A stretch of 64,000 nt of DNA from Myxococcota bacterium (GCA_965228475.1 OZ245817.1:2112001-2176000), one strand, 5' to 3'. Counted from the first letter of the stretch, positions 27,464-37,540 are shown. Made by a program: numbers and translations. Notes: a model not told the origin generated them from the sequence alone.

Positions 27464-30400
27464 CTAGCGGCGCCGGGCGGCTCCCGCTCGGGCGTTCTCG
27501 ACGAGCTCGCCGACGTCCCACCGTGCCGGCAGGCGGACGCGCTCGCCATCCCGGGTGCGGAAGATCAGGTGGCCCTCGCGCGCAGCGAACTCGAACAGCT
27601 CGCGCAGGATCTCGACGTCCCGCCGGCAGTACGCCTCGACCTGATCGCGCTTGCCCTCCCGCCACCAGGTGATCGATTGGAGCCCGTCGCCGGACTTGCC
27701 GACGCCGAGGGTCTCCTCGGCCAGGTGGGCCAGGGGCAGCCGATAGCCGAGCCGCGCGTGGATGGCGTCGAGCATGTCGAAGGTCGGGAGCTTGCGGAGG
27801 TCCTGGTCCGTGTAGCCGCGCAGGACGCGGTAGTCGAAGCGCGCGATGTTGAAGCCGGCGACGAGATCCGCGGCCTCGAGCTGCTCGATCAGGGCCGGGA
27901 CGTCTCCTTCGAAGAACGTGCGGTACTCGCCCGTCGAGGAATCCCAGGTCACGCCGAGGGCGACCCGCATGAGGTGCGTGTTGTGCCAGCCGCCGACCTC
28001 CTCGGCGCTGCGCTGGGTCTCGAGGTCGAAGAAGACCATGCGCGGTGCGGGCGCCTCGGGCTCCTCTTCGGGCGGCTCGGCGGGGGCGGCGCCGACGCTT
28101 TCCTTCGCGAGACCGGCCAGGGGCGGTTCGAGCGCGGGCAGCGGGGCGTGGCCGAGCAGCAGCTCGAGGGTGCGGAGGGCGGCTGCCTTGTCGAGGGGGC
28201 GATTGCCGCTTCCGCAGCGCGGCGAGTGGATGCACGCCGGGCAGCCCTCCTCGCACGCGCACTCGCCGATGCGTTCGCGCGTCGCTTCGAGCAGGGTCTC
28301 GAAGCGGTCGAACAGGCTCGAGACGAGGCCGAGGCCGCCGGGCGCGCCGTCGTAGAGGAAGATGGCCGCCTTCTTCAGCTGGGGATGGTGCTTGTGCGAG
28401 ATGCCCGCGACGTCGAGCCGGTCGCACAGGGCGAAGAGCGGGAAGAGTCCGAGCGCCGCGTGCTCGACGGCGTGGATGCCGCCCATCACGTGGCCCTTGT
28501 CCGCTTCGACGGCGGCGGGGATCTCGTCCGGGATCTCGAGCCAGACCCCCGTCGTCTCGAAGGAGCTCGGCGGGAGATCGAGGGGCTCGGTGCCGAGCAG
28601 GTCCTGGCCGTGGACGCGGCGCCGCTCGAAGCCGCGCAGGAAGGTCGTGACCTTCACGCGGCCCTCGACGAGGCGGAAGTTCCCGGCGGGCCGCGCGCGG
28701 TCGCGGGAGAGGATCTCGGTCTCCTTCTCCGTGAGCGCCCGGGTGTAGTAGTCGACCCGGACCGGCCGCACGCTCACGGTCTGTTCGGTCGAGTCGAGCC
28801 GCGTCACGAGGTACTGGCGCCCGCGGTGGAGGTAGATCGCGCCCTCGTGGCACTCGGCGTGGACGAGGCCGCCGCCGATCGAGCCGATCGTGCGCGGGCG
28901 CGCGCCGTCGCCCGAGACGTCCTGGATCGCGTAGCCCGAGCCGATGTTGCGGAGCGAGACTTCGCGGTGGGGGAGGCGGCGCGCCGGGAACCACTCGCGC
29001 TCGGTCTCGCTGCGCAGGAGGCGGCCTTCCTCCTCGAGCCGGCCGACCGCCTCCGCGACGCGCGGCTCGGCGAACCAGGCTTCGTCGCGCCGCAGGGCGC
29101 TCTCCGCCGCCGCGCAGGGCAGGTGGTTCGAGAGGATCTCGGCGTTGCCCGGATCGACCACGGCATGCTCGTAGGCACGGTCGACGAGCAGCTCCGGGTG
29201 GTCGGCCAGGTACTGGTCGAGGGCGTCCGGCTGGGCGATCAGGGCGATGGCCGCCTCGCGCTCGCGGCCGACGCGCCCGCCGCGCTGCCAGAGCGAGACC
29301 TGGCTGCCCGGGTACCCGACGAGGATGCACACGTCGAGGGCGCCGACGTCGATCCCCATCTCGAGGGCCGAGGTCGAGATCACCCCGAGGAGCTTGCCCG
29401 AGAAGAGCCGCTCCTCGATCTCGCGCCGCTCGGAGGGGAGGAAGCCGGCGCGGTAGGAGCTGATGCGGTCGGCGAGGCCGGGTTCGGCTTCGAGGATCCA
29501 GGTGTGCATCAGCTCGGTGATGCGGCGGGCCTTGGTGAAGGCGAGCGTCCGCAGCCCGGAGCCGACCGCCATGCGGAACAGGCGAGCCGCCGTCGTGTAG
29601 GGCGAGCCGTCCGGGTTCAGCATCCAAAGGTGCCGGCGCGTGCGCGGCGCGCCGTCGCGCACGATGACCTGGAACGGGCGGCCGGTCAGGTCCGAGGCGA
29701 GCTCGCCGGCGTTGGCGATGGTGGCCGAGGCCGCGACGATCTGCGGCTCGCGACCGTGGAAGCGTGCCACGCGCAGGAGCCGGCGGAGCACCTGGGCCAC
29801 GTGCGAGCCGAACACGCCGCGGTAGGCGTGGAGCTCGTCGACCACGACGAAGGACAGCTCGCTGAAGAAGCGCTCCCAGCTCGCGTGGTGCGGGAGGATC
29901 CCGGCGTGCAGCATGTCCGGCGTGGTGATGAGCACGTGCGGCGGGTCCTTGCGGGTCTTGCGCCGTTCGTTCTGGGGCGTGTCGCCGTCGTAGATCGCCG
30001 CACGGACCGGGACGCCCAGGGCCGAGGCGTCGGATTCGAGGCGGCCGAGCTGGTCCCGGGCCAGCGCCTTCAACGGGAACAGGTAGAGGGCCCGGCCCGG
30101 CGGGTCCGAGAGTGCCCCGCGCAGGACGGGGAAGTTGTAGACGAGCGTCTTGCCGCTCGCCGTGGGAGTGGCGAGCGCCACGTTCTCCCCGCGGTTCAAG
30201 GCCTCGAGCGCCCGGGCCTGGTGGACGTAGAGACGCTCGATCCCGCGCCGCTCGAGCAGGGGCTTCAGGAGTTCGAACCCCGCCGGAATCGCCTCGCTGC
30301 ATTCCGCGCCGCGCTCCGGGAGCAGGCGTTCGTGGCACAAGGCTTCGGCGAGCAGCGGGTCGCGCCCGAGCTTTCGTCGGAGATCGGCGATGTCGGCCAA
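27464..30400 (-). CDS. DEAD/DEAH helicase with DUF1998 (MrfA/Hrq1-like) fused to a C-terminal DEDD/RNase H-like exonuclease
   Basis: PTASGKT, DELH, SAT, QRGGRVGR, HAVEHA, C..CACEEGCPAC; then FFDLETQ, GFNIARFD, YCRRDV. Confidence 0.9.
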   Translation of the reverse strand: MADIADLRRKLGRDPLLAEALCHERLLPERGAECSEAIPAGFELLKPLLERRGIERLYVHQARALEALNRGENVALATPTASGKTLVYNFPVLRGALSDPPGRALYLFPLKALARDQLGRLESDASALGVPVRAAIYDGDTPQNERRKTRKDPPHVLITTPDMLHAGILPHHASWERFFSELSFVVVDELHAYRGVFGSHVAQVLRRLLRVARFHGREPQIVAASATIANAGELASDLTGRPFQVIVRDGAPRTRRHLWMLNPDGSPYTTAARLFRMAVGSGLRTLAFTKARRITELMHTWILEAEPGLADRISSYRAGFLPSERREIEERLFSGKLLGVISTSALEMGIDVGALDVCILVGYPGSQVSLWQRGGRVGREREAAIALIAQPDALDQYLADHPELLVDRAYEHAVVDPGNAEILSNHLPCAAAESALRRDEAWFAEPRVAEAVGRLEEEGRLLRSETEREWFPARRLPHREVSLRNIGSGYAIQDVSGDGARPRTIGSIGGGLVHAECHEGAIYLHRGRQYLVTRLDSTEQTVSVRPVRVDYYTRALTEKETEILSRDRARPAGNFRLVEGRVKVTTFLRGFERRRVHGQDLLGTEPLDLPPSSFETTGVWLEIPDEIPAAVEADKGHVMGGIHAVEHAALGLFPLFALCDRLDVAGISHKHHPQLKKAAIFLYDGAPGGLGLVSSLFDRFETLLEATRERIGECACEEGCPACIHSPRCGSGNRPLDKAAALRTLELLLGHAPLPALEPPLAGLAKESVGAAPAEPPEEEPEAPAPRMVFFDLETQRSAEEVGGWHNTHLMRVALGVTWDSSTGEYRTFFEGDVPALIEQLEAADLVAGFNIARFDYRVLRGYTDQDLRKLPTFDMLDAIHARLGYRLPLAHLAEETLGVGKSGDGLQSITWWREGKRDQVEAYCRRDVEILRELFEFAAREGHLIFRTRDGERVRLPARWDVGELVENARAGAARRR

Positions 30401-30490
30401 GACGCGCCTCTGCGTCCTGGGCGCCCGGGGAGACGGCCGGGCTGGGGGAACGGGAAGTTATCACGTCGGCCTTCCCCTATCCTCCGCGGC

Positions 30491-30943
30491 GTGCGCTGGT
30501 CGCTCCAGGTGCAGTACGGCGTCTACGCCATGTTCGATCTGGCCTACAACGGCCGGGAGGCCCCGGTCCAGGTCCGGGTGATCGGCGAACGGCAGGCCAT
30601 CCCCGCGCGCTACCTCGAGCAGATCTTCCAGCGCCTGCGTCGGGCCGGGCTCGTCCAGGGCAAACGCGGGCCGGGGGGCGGCTATCGGCTCGAGCGCCCG
30701 CCGAAGGAGATCAGCCTGCGCGACGTGGTCGAGGCCATCGAGGGGCCGCTTCGGGAGAGCCTGGTGCCCGAGTCGGACCCCGAGCGCGCGGGGAGCGGAC
30801 TCCGGCCCACCTTCCTGTGGACCCAGCTCGCCGGGCGCCTCGCCGAGGACCTCGCCGGGACGACGCTCGACGATCTCTGCCGCCAGGCCGCCCGCCGCGC
30901 CGTGCCCCGGGCCGACGACGACAGCCACACCTACGTGATTTGA
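30491..30943 (+). CDS. Rrf2 family transcriptional regulator (CymR/IscR-like, no Cys triad)
   Basis: GTG 30491; YGVYAMFDLA, IPARYLEQIFQRLRRAGLV, RGPGGGY, ISLRDVVEAIEG. Confidence 0.9.
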   Translation: MRWSLQVQYGVYAMFDLAYNGREAPVQVRVIGERQAIPARYLEQIFQRLRRAGLVQGKRGPGGGYRLERPPKEISLRDVVEAIEGPLRESLVPESDPERAGSGLRPTFLWTQLAGRLAEDLAGTTLDDLCRQAARRAVPRADDDSHTYVI

Positions 30944-30999
30944 GCGGTCCGGACGAGGCCGGCGGGCCCCAAAAGACGCTAGGATCCGCCTCCGCGAGC

Positions 31000-31500
31000 G
31001 TGATCGAGATCGAGCCGCAGCGCGACGCCGTCATGGTCCCCGAGGCCGTGCTCCACGAGATCCGCTCCCACGCCCTGGAGGCGGTCCCGGAGGAGTGCTG
31101 CGGACTCGTGCTGGGCCGGGCTTCGACGGTCGCTGCCTCGCGATTCCGCCGCGTGTACCGCTGCCGAAACGTCATGGACCGAATGCACGAGGAAGACCCG
31201 ATGGGCTTTCCGCGGACGAACCGCGACGCGTTCTACATCGACCCGGCCGAGCTCTTGCGGGCCGCCAAGGACGCCGAGGCGACCGGCCTCGAGGTGACGG
31301 CGGTCTACCACTCCCACGTCGGGGCACGCGCCTACTTTTCGGAGATGGATCAGGCCTACGCCCTGGTCCCGGCATTCCCGTTCCCCAACGCGGACCACGT
31401 CGTCGTCTCGGTGCTCGGCCGTCAGGTCCATGAAGTCGGACTCTTCCGGCAGGTCGAGGGTGCCCTGTCCGGCTTCCGCGTGGCTTCGGTGACGGTGTGA
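31000..31500 (+). CDS. Mov34/MPN/JAMM metalloprotease (Mec-like)
   Basis: PEECCGL and YHSHV..YFSEMD JAMM motif. Confidence 0.85.
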   Translation: MIEIEPQRDAVMVPEAVLHEIRSHALEAVPEECCGLVLGRASTVAASRFRRVYRCRNVMDRMHEEDPMGFPRTNRDAFYIDPAELLRAAKDAEATGLEVTAVYHSHVGARAYFSEMDQAYALVPAFPFPNADHVVVSVLGRQVHEVGLFRQVEGALSGFRVASVTV

Positions 31501-32588
31501 CGGAGGCCCGGTCGCCGTCCCTGCAACGCCGCGCCTGCGCGGCGTCGAATCCGCTCGGGCCCGTCCGGGTGCTCGCGGGCCTGATGGCGGGCGCGTGGTT
31601 CGCGCTCGGCTGCGCCGGCAATGCGGTGGTGGTCGAAGAACTCCCCGGGGAGCCGATCGCTTTCATCTACCGGACCCTCGAGGAAGGCCGCGCGCGCGCC
31701 GAGGCGCTCGGGGCCAAGCGCGAGGCTTCGGGGAACGTGCCGATCGGCGCCGGCATGATGAACCTGAACGATGCGGACGAGTACCTGGCGACCATCACGG
31801 GGAACACCCGGCGGGTGCCGAGCCGCCACGATGGACGCGTGGCCTTGCTGTACCCCCGCACCGGGAAGGTGGAGGTGCTCGAGGCGCTCCTGCCCGGAGC
31901 GATTCCCCAGGCCTGGAACGAGCCGCGCACCAAGATGCTCTTCGCGAGCCGCCGCAGCGGCGGCTTCCAGCTCTACGAGTACCGGCTTCCCGATGGACTG
32001 CTCGGCCGGGTCGTCTCGGGCCACAGCCAGCAGCCGCAGGGCGTCTATGGGCCCGACGATCGGGTGGCCTACACGGAGATGCGCGGCGGCCGGAACGCCG
32101 ATCCGAGCCTCTCGATCTGGGTGACGACGGGGGCCGGGCGGCCCGAGCCGGTGACCGCGGGGCCGGCCGATGCGGGCCCGGTCTGGTCGCGCGATGGCCG
32201 CTGGCTCCTGTTCGAGAACACGGGCCCGCGGGGTGAGCGGCGCATCATGGCCCTCGACCGCTCCAAGGAAGGCGCCGAGCCGCGGATCGTCGCTCGAGGC
32301 GCCGACCCCGTGATCTCGCCGCGGGGCGACTGGGTCGTGTACTCCCGGGAGACGCGCGCCGGCTGGCGGCTCTGGCGCATGCGCCCCGACGGGTCGGGCA
32401 AGAGTGCGCTCGGCGTTCGCAACCAGGGCGAGGCGGACGAGCGTGCGCCCACGATTTCGCCGGACGGACGCTACGTGGCGTACGTCGCGGACAAGGATCT
32501 GCGTCAGCGGCTGCGTGTGCGCCGCATCGACGGAACCGGGGATCGGCCCCTGTTCGAGGATGGAGACGGCTCGCTTCCGGCCTGGTAG
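31497..32588 (+). CDS. TolB-like PD40 beta-propeller lipoprotein
   Basis: ALGC lipobox; PVWSRDGRWL, PVISPRGDWVVY and PTISPDGRYVAY repeats. Confidence 0.75.
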   Translation: MTEARSPSLQRRACAASNPLGPVRVLAGLMAGAWFALGCAGNAVVVEELPGEPIAFIYRTLEEGRARAEALGAKREASGNVPIGAGMMNLNDADEYLATITGNTRRVPSRHDGRVALLYPRTGKVEVLEALLPGAIPQAWNEPRTKMLFASRRSGGFQLYEYRLPDGLLGRVVSGHSQQPQGVYGPDDRVAYTEMRGGRNADPSLSIWVTTGAGRPEPVTAGPADAGPVWSRDGRWLLFENTGPRGERRIMALDRSKEGAEPRIVARGADPVISPRGDWVVYSRETRAGWRLWRMRPDGSGKSALGVRNQGEADERAPTISPDGRYVAYVADKDLRQRLRVRRIDGTGDRPLFEDGDGSLPAW

Positions 32589-32662
32589 GCCAGCCGCGAG
32601 CTCGAGGAAACGGCGCCGTGTGGCCCGGGCGGGCCCGAGCGTTCGAGAGGAGTCAGCTGAAG

Positions 32663-33934
32663 ATGGGTGCGGAAAACGAAGCGAAGCAGGATCTCGTTCC
32701 GGTTCACGGAGGTCTCTCGGCCCCGGTCGATCGGACGGTGCCGCTGTCCGAGCGCGCGGCCTTCCTCGAAGAGGCGTCCGGGCTGCCGAGGGTCCGGGTC
32801 TCGCGCGCGGATCTCTCGACGGTGTATCGCTTCGGCGACGGCGCGCTCTCGCCGCTCGAGGGTCCGATGAAGGAGGCCGCCTGGCGGCGCGTGCTCGACG
32901 AAGCCGTCGTCGAATCGGGCGGCAAGAAGTACGCCTGGGGCATCCCGCTCTCCCTGCCGCTCACCGACGCCGAGGCCTCCTCGATCTCGGCCGGTGGCGC
33001 CGCGGCCCTCGAGGACGAAGCCGGTACGGTCGTCGGCATCGTCGAAGACGCCGAGGTCTTCGACTGGGACAAGCCGGCGTACGTGAAGGGGGTCTACGGC
33101 ACCGAGCGCATGGATCACCCGGGCGGGGCCCAGGCGAACGACGACGAGCGCGGGAAGCTCCTCGGCGGGACGATCCGCGTCCTGCCCCAGCAGCACCCGA
33201 GCGAGTACGCCGAGTTCATGCTCTCGCCGCGCATGACGCGCGCCTTCATCCGCGACCGCAAGTGGGAGCGCGCGCTCGCCTTCCAGACGCGGAACCCGCT
33301 GCACCGCGCGCACGAGTACGCGCTCGTCGCCGGCGCCGAGCGGCTGACCGCGGCGGGCCACTTCACCGGCGTCGTTCTGAACCCGCTCGTCGGCGAACTC
33401 AAGGGCGACGACGTGCCGGCGGCGACGCGCATGCGCTGCTATCGCGAGCTGCACGACCGCGCGCTGCTCGGCGAGGGCGACCGCGATCCGTCGATCTGGG
33501 AGAAGGCCGGCTACGGACTGAACGAGGTCTTCGAGCTGATCGGTCTCGACATCAAGATGTTCTACGGCGGCCCGCGCGAGGCGATCATGCACGCGGTCTA
33601 CCGCCAGAACTACGGCTTCAGCGACATCGTGATCGGGCGCAAGCACGCCGATGCGCCGTACTTCGACGGGGACCCGATCTGGGGCGACTTCGACGCCCAG
33701 GAGATCTTCGAGAGCCTCCCGGGCGAGCTTCACATCCAGCCCTGCAAGATCGGCTTCGCGGCGTTCTACGAATCGCTCGGGCGGGTCGACCTGAACGAGA
33801 ACCACCCGGACGAGAAGCCCTACGGCATCAGCGGGACGAAGGTTCGCGAGCAGCTGAAGGGCGGCGAGCGGCCGGACGAGCGCATCATGCGCCCGGAGAT
33901 CGCCGACATCCTGATCGAGGCCTACCGCGGCTAG
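32663..33934 (+). CDS. sat: Sulfate adenylyltransferase
   Basis: LVPVHGG, LSPLEG, AFQTRNPLHRAHE, YGGPREAIMHAVYRQNYG, GRKHA, ISGTKVRE. Confidence 0.92.
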   Translation: MGAENEAKQDLVPVHGGLSAPVDRTVPLSERAAFLEEASGLPRVRVSRADLSTVYRFGDGALSPLEGPMKEAAWRRVLDEAVVESGGKKYAWGIPLSLPLTDAEASSISAGGAAALEDEAGTVVGIVEDAEVFDWDKPAYVKGVYGTERMDHPGGAQANDDERGKLLGGTIRVLPQQHPSEYAEFMLSPRMTRAFIRDRKWERALAFQTRNPLHRAHEYALVAGAERLTAAGHFTGVVLNPLVGELKGDDVPAATRMRCYRELHDRALLGEGDRDPSIWEKAGYGLNEVFELIGLDIKMFYGGPREAIMHAVYRQNYGFSDIVIGRKHADAPYFDGDPIWGDFDAQEIFESLPGELHIQPCKIGFAAFYESLGRVDLNENHPDEKPYGISGTKVREQLKGGERPDERIMRPEIADILIEAYRG

Positions 33935-33958
33935 GGGCGGGGCCGGGAGGAGAGCCGC

Positions 33959-35068
33959 GTGAAGATCGGCGTCCCGCGCGAGACGAAGGATCGCGAGTAT
34001 CGCGTCGGGATCACTCCCGACGGCGCCCGGATGCTCGTCGGGCAGGGGCACACCGTGGTCGCCGAGCGCGGCGCGGGCCTGGGCAGCGGCTTCACGGACG
34101 CGGACTACGAGAGCGCCGGGGCGGCCCTGGTCGATGCGGAAGAGGCCTTCTCCTCCGCCGACCTCGTGGTGAAGGTGAAGGAGCCCTCGCTCGAGGAGGC
34201 CGGGCGCCTCCACGCCGGCCAGACGCTCTTCACCTACCTCCATCTCGCGCCGGCGCCCGAGACGACGGCCGCGCTGCGCGAGGCGGAGGTCGTGGCGATC
34301 GCCTACGAGACGATCCGCTCGCCCGACGGCACGTTCCCGGTGCTCGCGCCCATGAGCGAGGTCGCCGGACGCCTCGCCGCGCAGGTCGGCGCCAACCTGC
34401 TCCAGAAGAACGCCGGCGGGCGGGGCCTCCTGCTCGGCGGGGTCCCGGGCGTGCCCCGCGGCCGCGTGTGCGTGGTGGGGGGCGGCGTCGTGGGCATCAA
34501 CGCCGTGCGGGTCGCCCATGCGCTCGGGGCCGAGGTCGACGTGCTCGACGTCGACCTGAAACGCCTGGCCTACGTCTACGACATCTTCTCGGGCGATCTC
34601 AACACGCTCTATTCGAACCCGGCCAACATCGAGCGATCGGTCACGACGAGCGACCTCGTGATCGGCGCGGTCTACGTCCACGGCCGCCGTGCGCCGTGTC
34701 TCGTCACCGACGCGATGGTCGATGCCATGGCCGAGGGTTCCGTGGTGGTGGACGTCGCGGTCGACCAGGGCGGTTGCGTCGAGACGATCCGGCCGACCAC
34801 GCACTCCGACCCGACCTACGAGGTCCACGGCGTGGTCCACTACGGGGTGGCGAACATGCCCGGGGCCGTCCCCCGGACCTCGACCTTCGCGCTCACGAAC
34901 ACGACCTTCCCCTACGTCGAGGCGATGGCCGGGCAGGGCGTCGCCGAGGCCATCCGCGGGGACGCCTCCCTCGCCGCCGGGGTGAATCTCGTGCGGGGGG
35001 CGGTCACGTGCGAGGGCGTCGCGGAGTCGCTCGGGCTCGAGTACGAACCGCTCGAAGGCGTCCTCTAG
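33959..35068 (+). CDS. ald: Alanine dehydrogenase
   Basis: MKIGVPRE, KVKEP, FTYLHLA, PMSEVAGR, DVAVDQGGC, VANMPGAVPRTST. Confidence 0.95.
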   Translation: MKIGVPRETKDREYRVGITPDGARMLVGQGHTVVAERGAGLGSGFTDADYESAGAALVDAEEAFSSADLVVKVKEPSLEEAGRLHAGQTLFTYLHLAPAPETTAALREAEVVAIAYETIRSPDGTFPVLAPMSEVAGRLAAQVGANLLQKNAGGRGLLLGGVPGVPRGRVCVVGGGVVGINAVRVAHALGAEVDVLDVDLKRLAYVYDIFSGDLNTLYSNPANIERSVTTSDLVIGAVYVHGRRAPCLVTDAMVDAMAEGSVVVDVAVDQGGCVETIRPTTHSDPTYEVHGVVHYGVANMPGAVPRTSTFALTNTTFPYVEAMAGQGVAEAIRGDASLAAGVNLVRGAVTCEGVAESLGLEYEPLEGVL

Positions 35069-35086
35069 CGCGAGGCGCCGCGGTCC

Positions 35087-37357
35087 TCAGACCATGCGGA
35101 TGCGGGGCGTCGCCGAGGCCTGGAGCAGCGCTTCGGGCTCGAGCGCGTCCTCCGGGTGGGTGGCGTAGCCGAAGGCCAGGGCCACGCGCGCCGGGGCATC
35201 GACGTCGTCACTCGAGATCGCCTCGGCCGCGGCGCGCGCGAGGCGCGAGACGGCCTCGCCCGGGGCCGGGTCCGCCTCGGGAAGCAGGAAGCGGAACTCG
35301 GAGACGCCGGTCCGCGCGAGCACGTCGAAGCCGCGGGCGTGGCTGCGCAAAGCGCGGGCGAGGTGCTGCACGATGCGGGTCATCTGCTCCGGGCGCGCGG
35401 CGGCCGCGAGCTCCTGCCAGTTCTCGATGCGGCAGCTCCCGAGCACGAAACGGCTGCCGCGCTCGGCGGCGCGGGCGATCTCCTCGGCGAGCCGCTCGCG
35501 CAGGTAGCGCTCGTTGCCGAGGTCGGTCTCTTCGTCGCGGCCGGGCTGCTGACGCGCCCAGGACTGGACCGTCGCGTGGGCGAGGGCGCGCTCGACGTAG
35601 GACCCGAAGTGGGTGAAGAGCTCGAGGTCCTCCTCGCCGAAGACGGTCGAGTGGAAGCGGTCCGAGGGGACCTTGTCATAGAGCGCGATCGTGCCGATCA
35701 CGCGGCCGTCGCGTTGGAGCGGCACGACCATCGAAGACTGGACGCCGGCGTCGAGGACGCGGTTCGCGTCGTCGCGGTTCACGTCGGCGTGGCGGCAGGC
35801 GCTGCGCGTCTTCACCGCCTCGGCGCTGATGCGCTGGTCGAGGCGGAAGAGCTTCTCCTGCTGACGTCCGTCGGCGGGGCCGTAGTAGGAGCGGATCACG
35901 AAGCGGCCCGTGGTGTCGTCCCGGAGGCGGAGGATCACGTGGTCGCACTCGAGGATCATGGCGATCGAGCCGGAGGCCAGGCGGATCACCTCGTTCGGCT
36001 CGGGCTTGCGCAGGAGCTGGAGGGCCAGCTCGTTCATCGCCGTCACGCGGGTGGCGCGCGTGGCGAGCCGCGCTTCGCGCGAGGCGTTGGCGACCTCGGC
36101 GGCGGCGGCCTGGGCGATCTCGCTGAGCGAGCGCTCGGGGTTCGAGCCGAGCCGGTCCGGGAAGTCGCCGGTCTGGATCGAGAGCAGGCCGACGAGCCCG
36201 TCCGGCGTCACGAGGGGCAGGGCGGCGTAGGCGACCTGTCCGGGCTCGCGATGCAGGAACATCGGCGTGCGGTCCCGTGCGGCGCGGCCGTCGATGCCGT
36301 GGCCGATCTCGACGCGGTACTCGCCGCCGAAGCCTCCCCCGGAGAGCGAGGTCGCCTCGAGCCGCAGGGCGGTCTCGTCCCGGTCGTAGAGGTAGAGCGT
36401 CACGATGCCGCCGCCGACCCGGCGCGCGAGGCTGCGGCACAGGCGCGTGAGCCGCTCCTCCAGCGGCGTGCTGCGGTCGCCGAGGACGGCGTGGAGGTCG
36501 TGGAGGGTGTCGTAACGGCCGGCGCGGTCGCGCGCGCGCTGGTGTTCGCGCGCCCGGACCATGAGTGCGCCGGCGAGGCTCGCGAGCTGCTCGACGAAGC
36601 CGAGGTCCGCTTCGGGGAGGGCCTCCGGGTCCGAGTGGTGCGAGAGGTTCAGGACGCCGAGGGTCTCGCCCTCGTGGCGCAGGGGGGCCGAGAGCGCGGC
36701 TTCCACGCCGGCGCGCTCGCGCACGAGCTGGAACGCGCGAGCGTCGGCGCGGCCCGAGACCCGGACCGCGGCGCCGTCGGCGGCCACGCGGCCGGCGATG
36801 CCGTCGCCGAGCGGCACGCGGATCTTCTTCCAGAGCTCTCGCTCGATGCCGACGGCGGTGCGCACGCGCAGATCGCCGCTCTCGGGGTCGAGCAGCATCA
36901 CCGAGCCGGCGTCGGCCCGGGTGGCGCCGATCGCGACGTCGAGCACGCGCTCCGCGACGACGTCGGCGTCGTCCGAGAGCTCGTGGGCGTCGACGACCTC
37001 GCGCAGGGCTTCGAGCAGCTCGGCCTTGCGCGCGGCCTCGCTCGGAGCCTGGCCCCAGAGCAACCGCGCCGAGAGCGGCGAGAGGACCCGGACGTCTCCC
37101 TCGGGTGCGTGCAGGGAGCGGGCCGCGTCGATCAAGGTGTGGATGCGGGCTTCCCGGCCCAGGGCCGCCGGGTCGTCCGTCAGGAGATGGCCCTGGGCTT
37201 CGGCGCGGGTGGCATCGACGCGTTCGAAGCGGGCGCGCGCCGCCGGCAGGTCCGCATCGAAGATCGCCACGATCTCGAGGTCCGGGTGGGCCTCGAGCAT
37301 GGGGATCAGCCGGAGCGCTTCTTCGCTGGCTCCGTGAATGGCGATGCGTTTACGCAC
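35087..37357 (-). CDS. Multi-GAF domain protein with degenerate GGDEF-like C-terminus
   Basis: GTG 37357; three GAF-like repeats (GDGIAGRVA, GHGIDGRAA, VVPLQRDGRVIG); DEETDLGNERYL..DVLARTGVSEF. Confidence 0.75.
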   Translation of the reverse strand: MRKRIAIHGASEEALRLIPMLEAHPDLEIVAIFDADLPAARARFERVDATRAEAQGHLLTDDPAALGREARIHTLIDAARSLHAPEGDVRVLSPLSARLLWGQAPSEAARKAELLEALREVVDAHELSDDADVVAERVLDVAIGATRADAGSVMLLDPESGDLRVRTAVGIERELWKKIRVPLGDGIAGRVAADGAAVRVSGRADARAFQLVRERAGVEAALSAPLRHEGETLGVLNLSHHSDPEALPEADLGFVEQLASLAGALMVRAREHQRARDRAGRYDTLHDLHAVLGDRSTPLEERLTRLCRSLARRVGGGIVTLYLYDRDETALRLEATSLSGGGFGGEYRVEIGHGIDGRAARDRTPMFLHREPGQVAYAALPLVTPDGLVGLLSIQTGDFPDRLGSNPERSLSEIAQAAAAEVANASREARLATRATRVTAMNELALQLLRKPEPNEVIRLASGSIAMILECDHVILRLRDDTTGRFVIRSYYGPADGRQQEKLFRLDQRISAEAVKTRSACRHADVNRDDANRVLDAGVQSSMVVPLQRDGRVIGTIALYDKVPSDRFHSTVFGEEDLELFTHFGSYVERALAHATVQSWARQQPGRDEETDLGNERYLRERLAEEIARAAERGSRFVLGSCRIENWQELAAAARPEQMTRIVQHLARALRSHARGFDVLARTGVSEFRFLLPEADPAPGEAVSRLARAAAEAISSDDVDAPARVALAFGYATHPEDALEPEALLQASATPRIRMV

Positions 37358-37540
37358 TCGGCTCGCCCATCTCCGGCAACAGGCCGGCCCTCCGAATCCA
37401 GGCCCTCTTCGGCGAGAGGCCAGGATCCCTGGGGAGTGAGTGCCGCGTTCGCGCCCGGCCGTGACGCCCGCTCTGCTGCGAGCTGCCAGCCGGCTGCGAT
37501 CTGCCACCCGGCTGCGCACGGTGTGCATGCGCGGTGCCGG

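Noticed and set aside
27569..30943. 1124-aa ORF appearing to fuse a long N-terminus to Rrf2
   Set aside because: Only 30491-30943 is Rrf2; the rest is antisense to the helicase.
27464..31500. Defence system (DISARM/Druantia helicase, or CBASS/Bil-type JAB)
   Set aside because: No methylase, DrmA-E partners, cyclase or E1/E2 genes; neighbours fit repair and sulfur metabolism.
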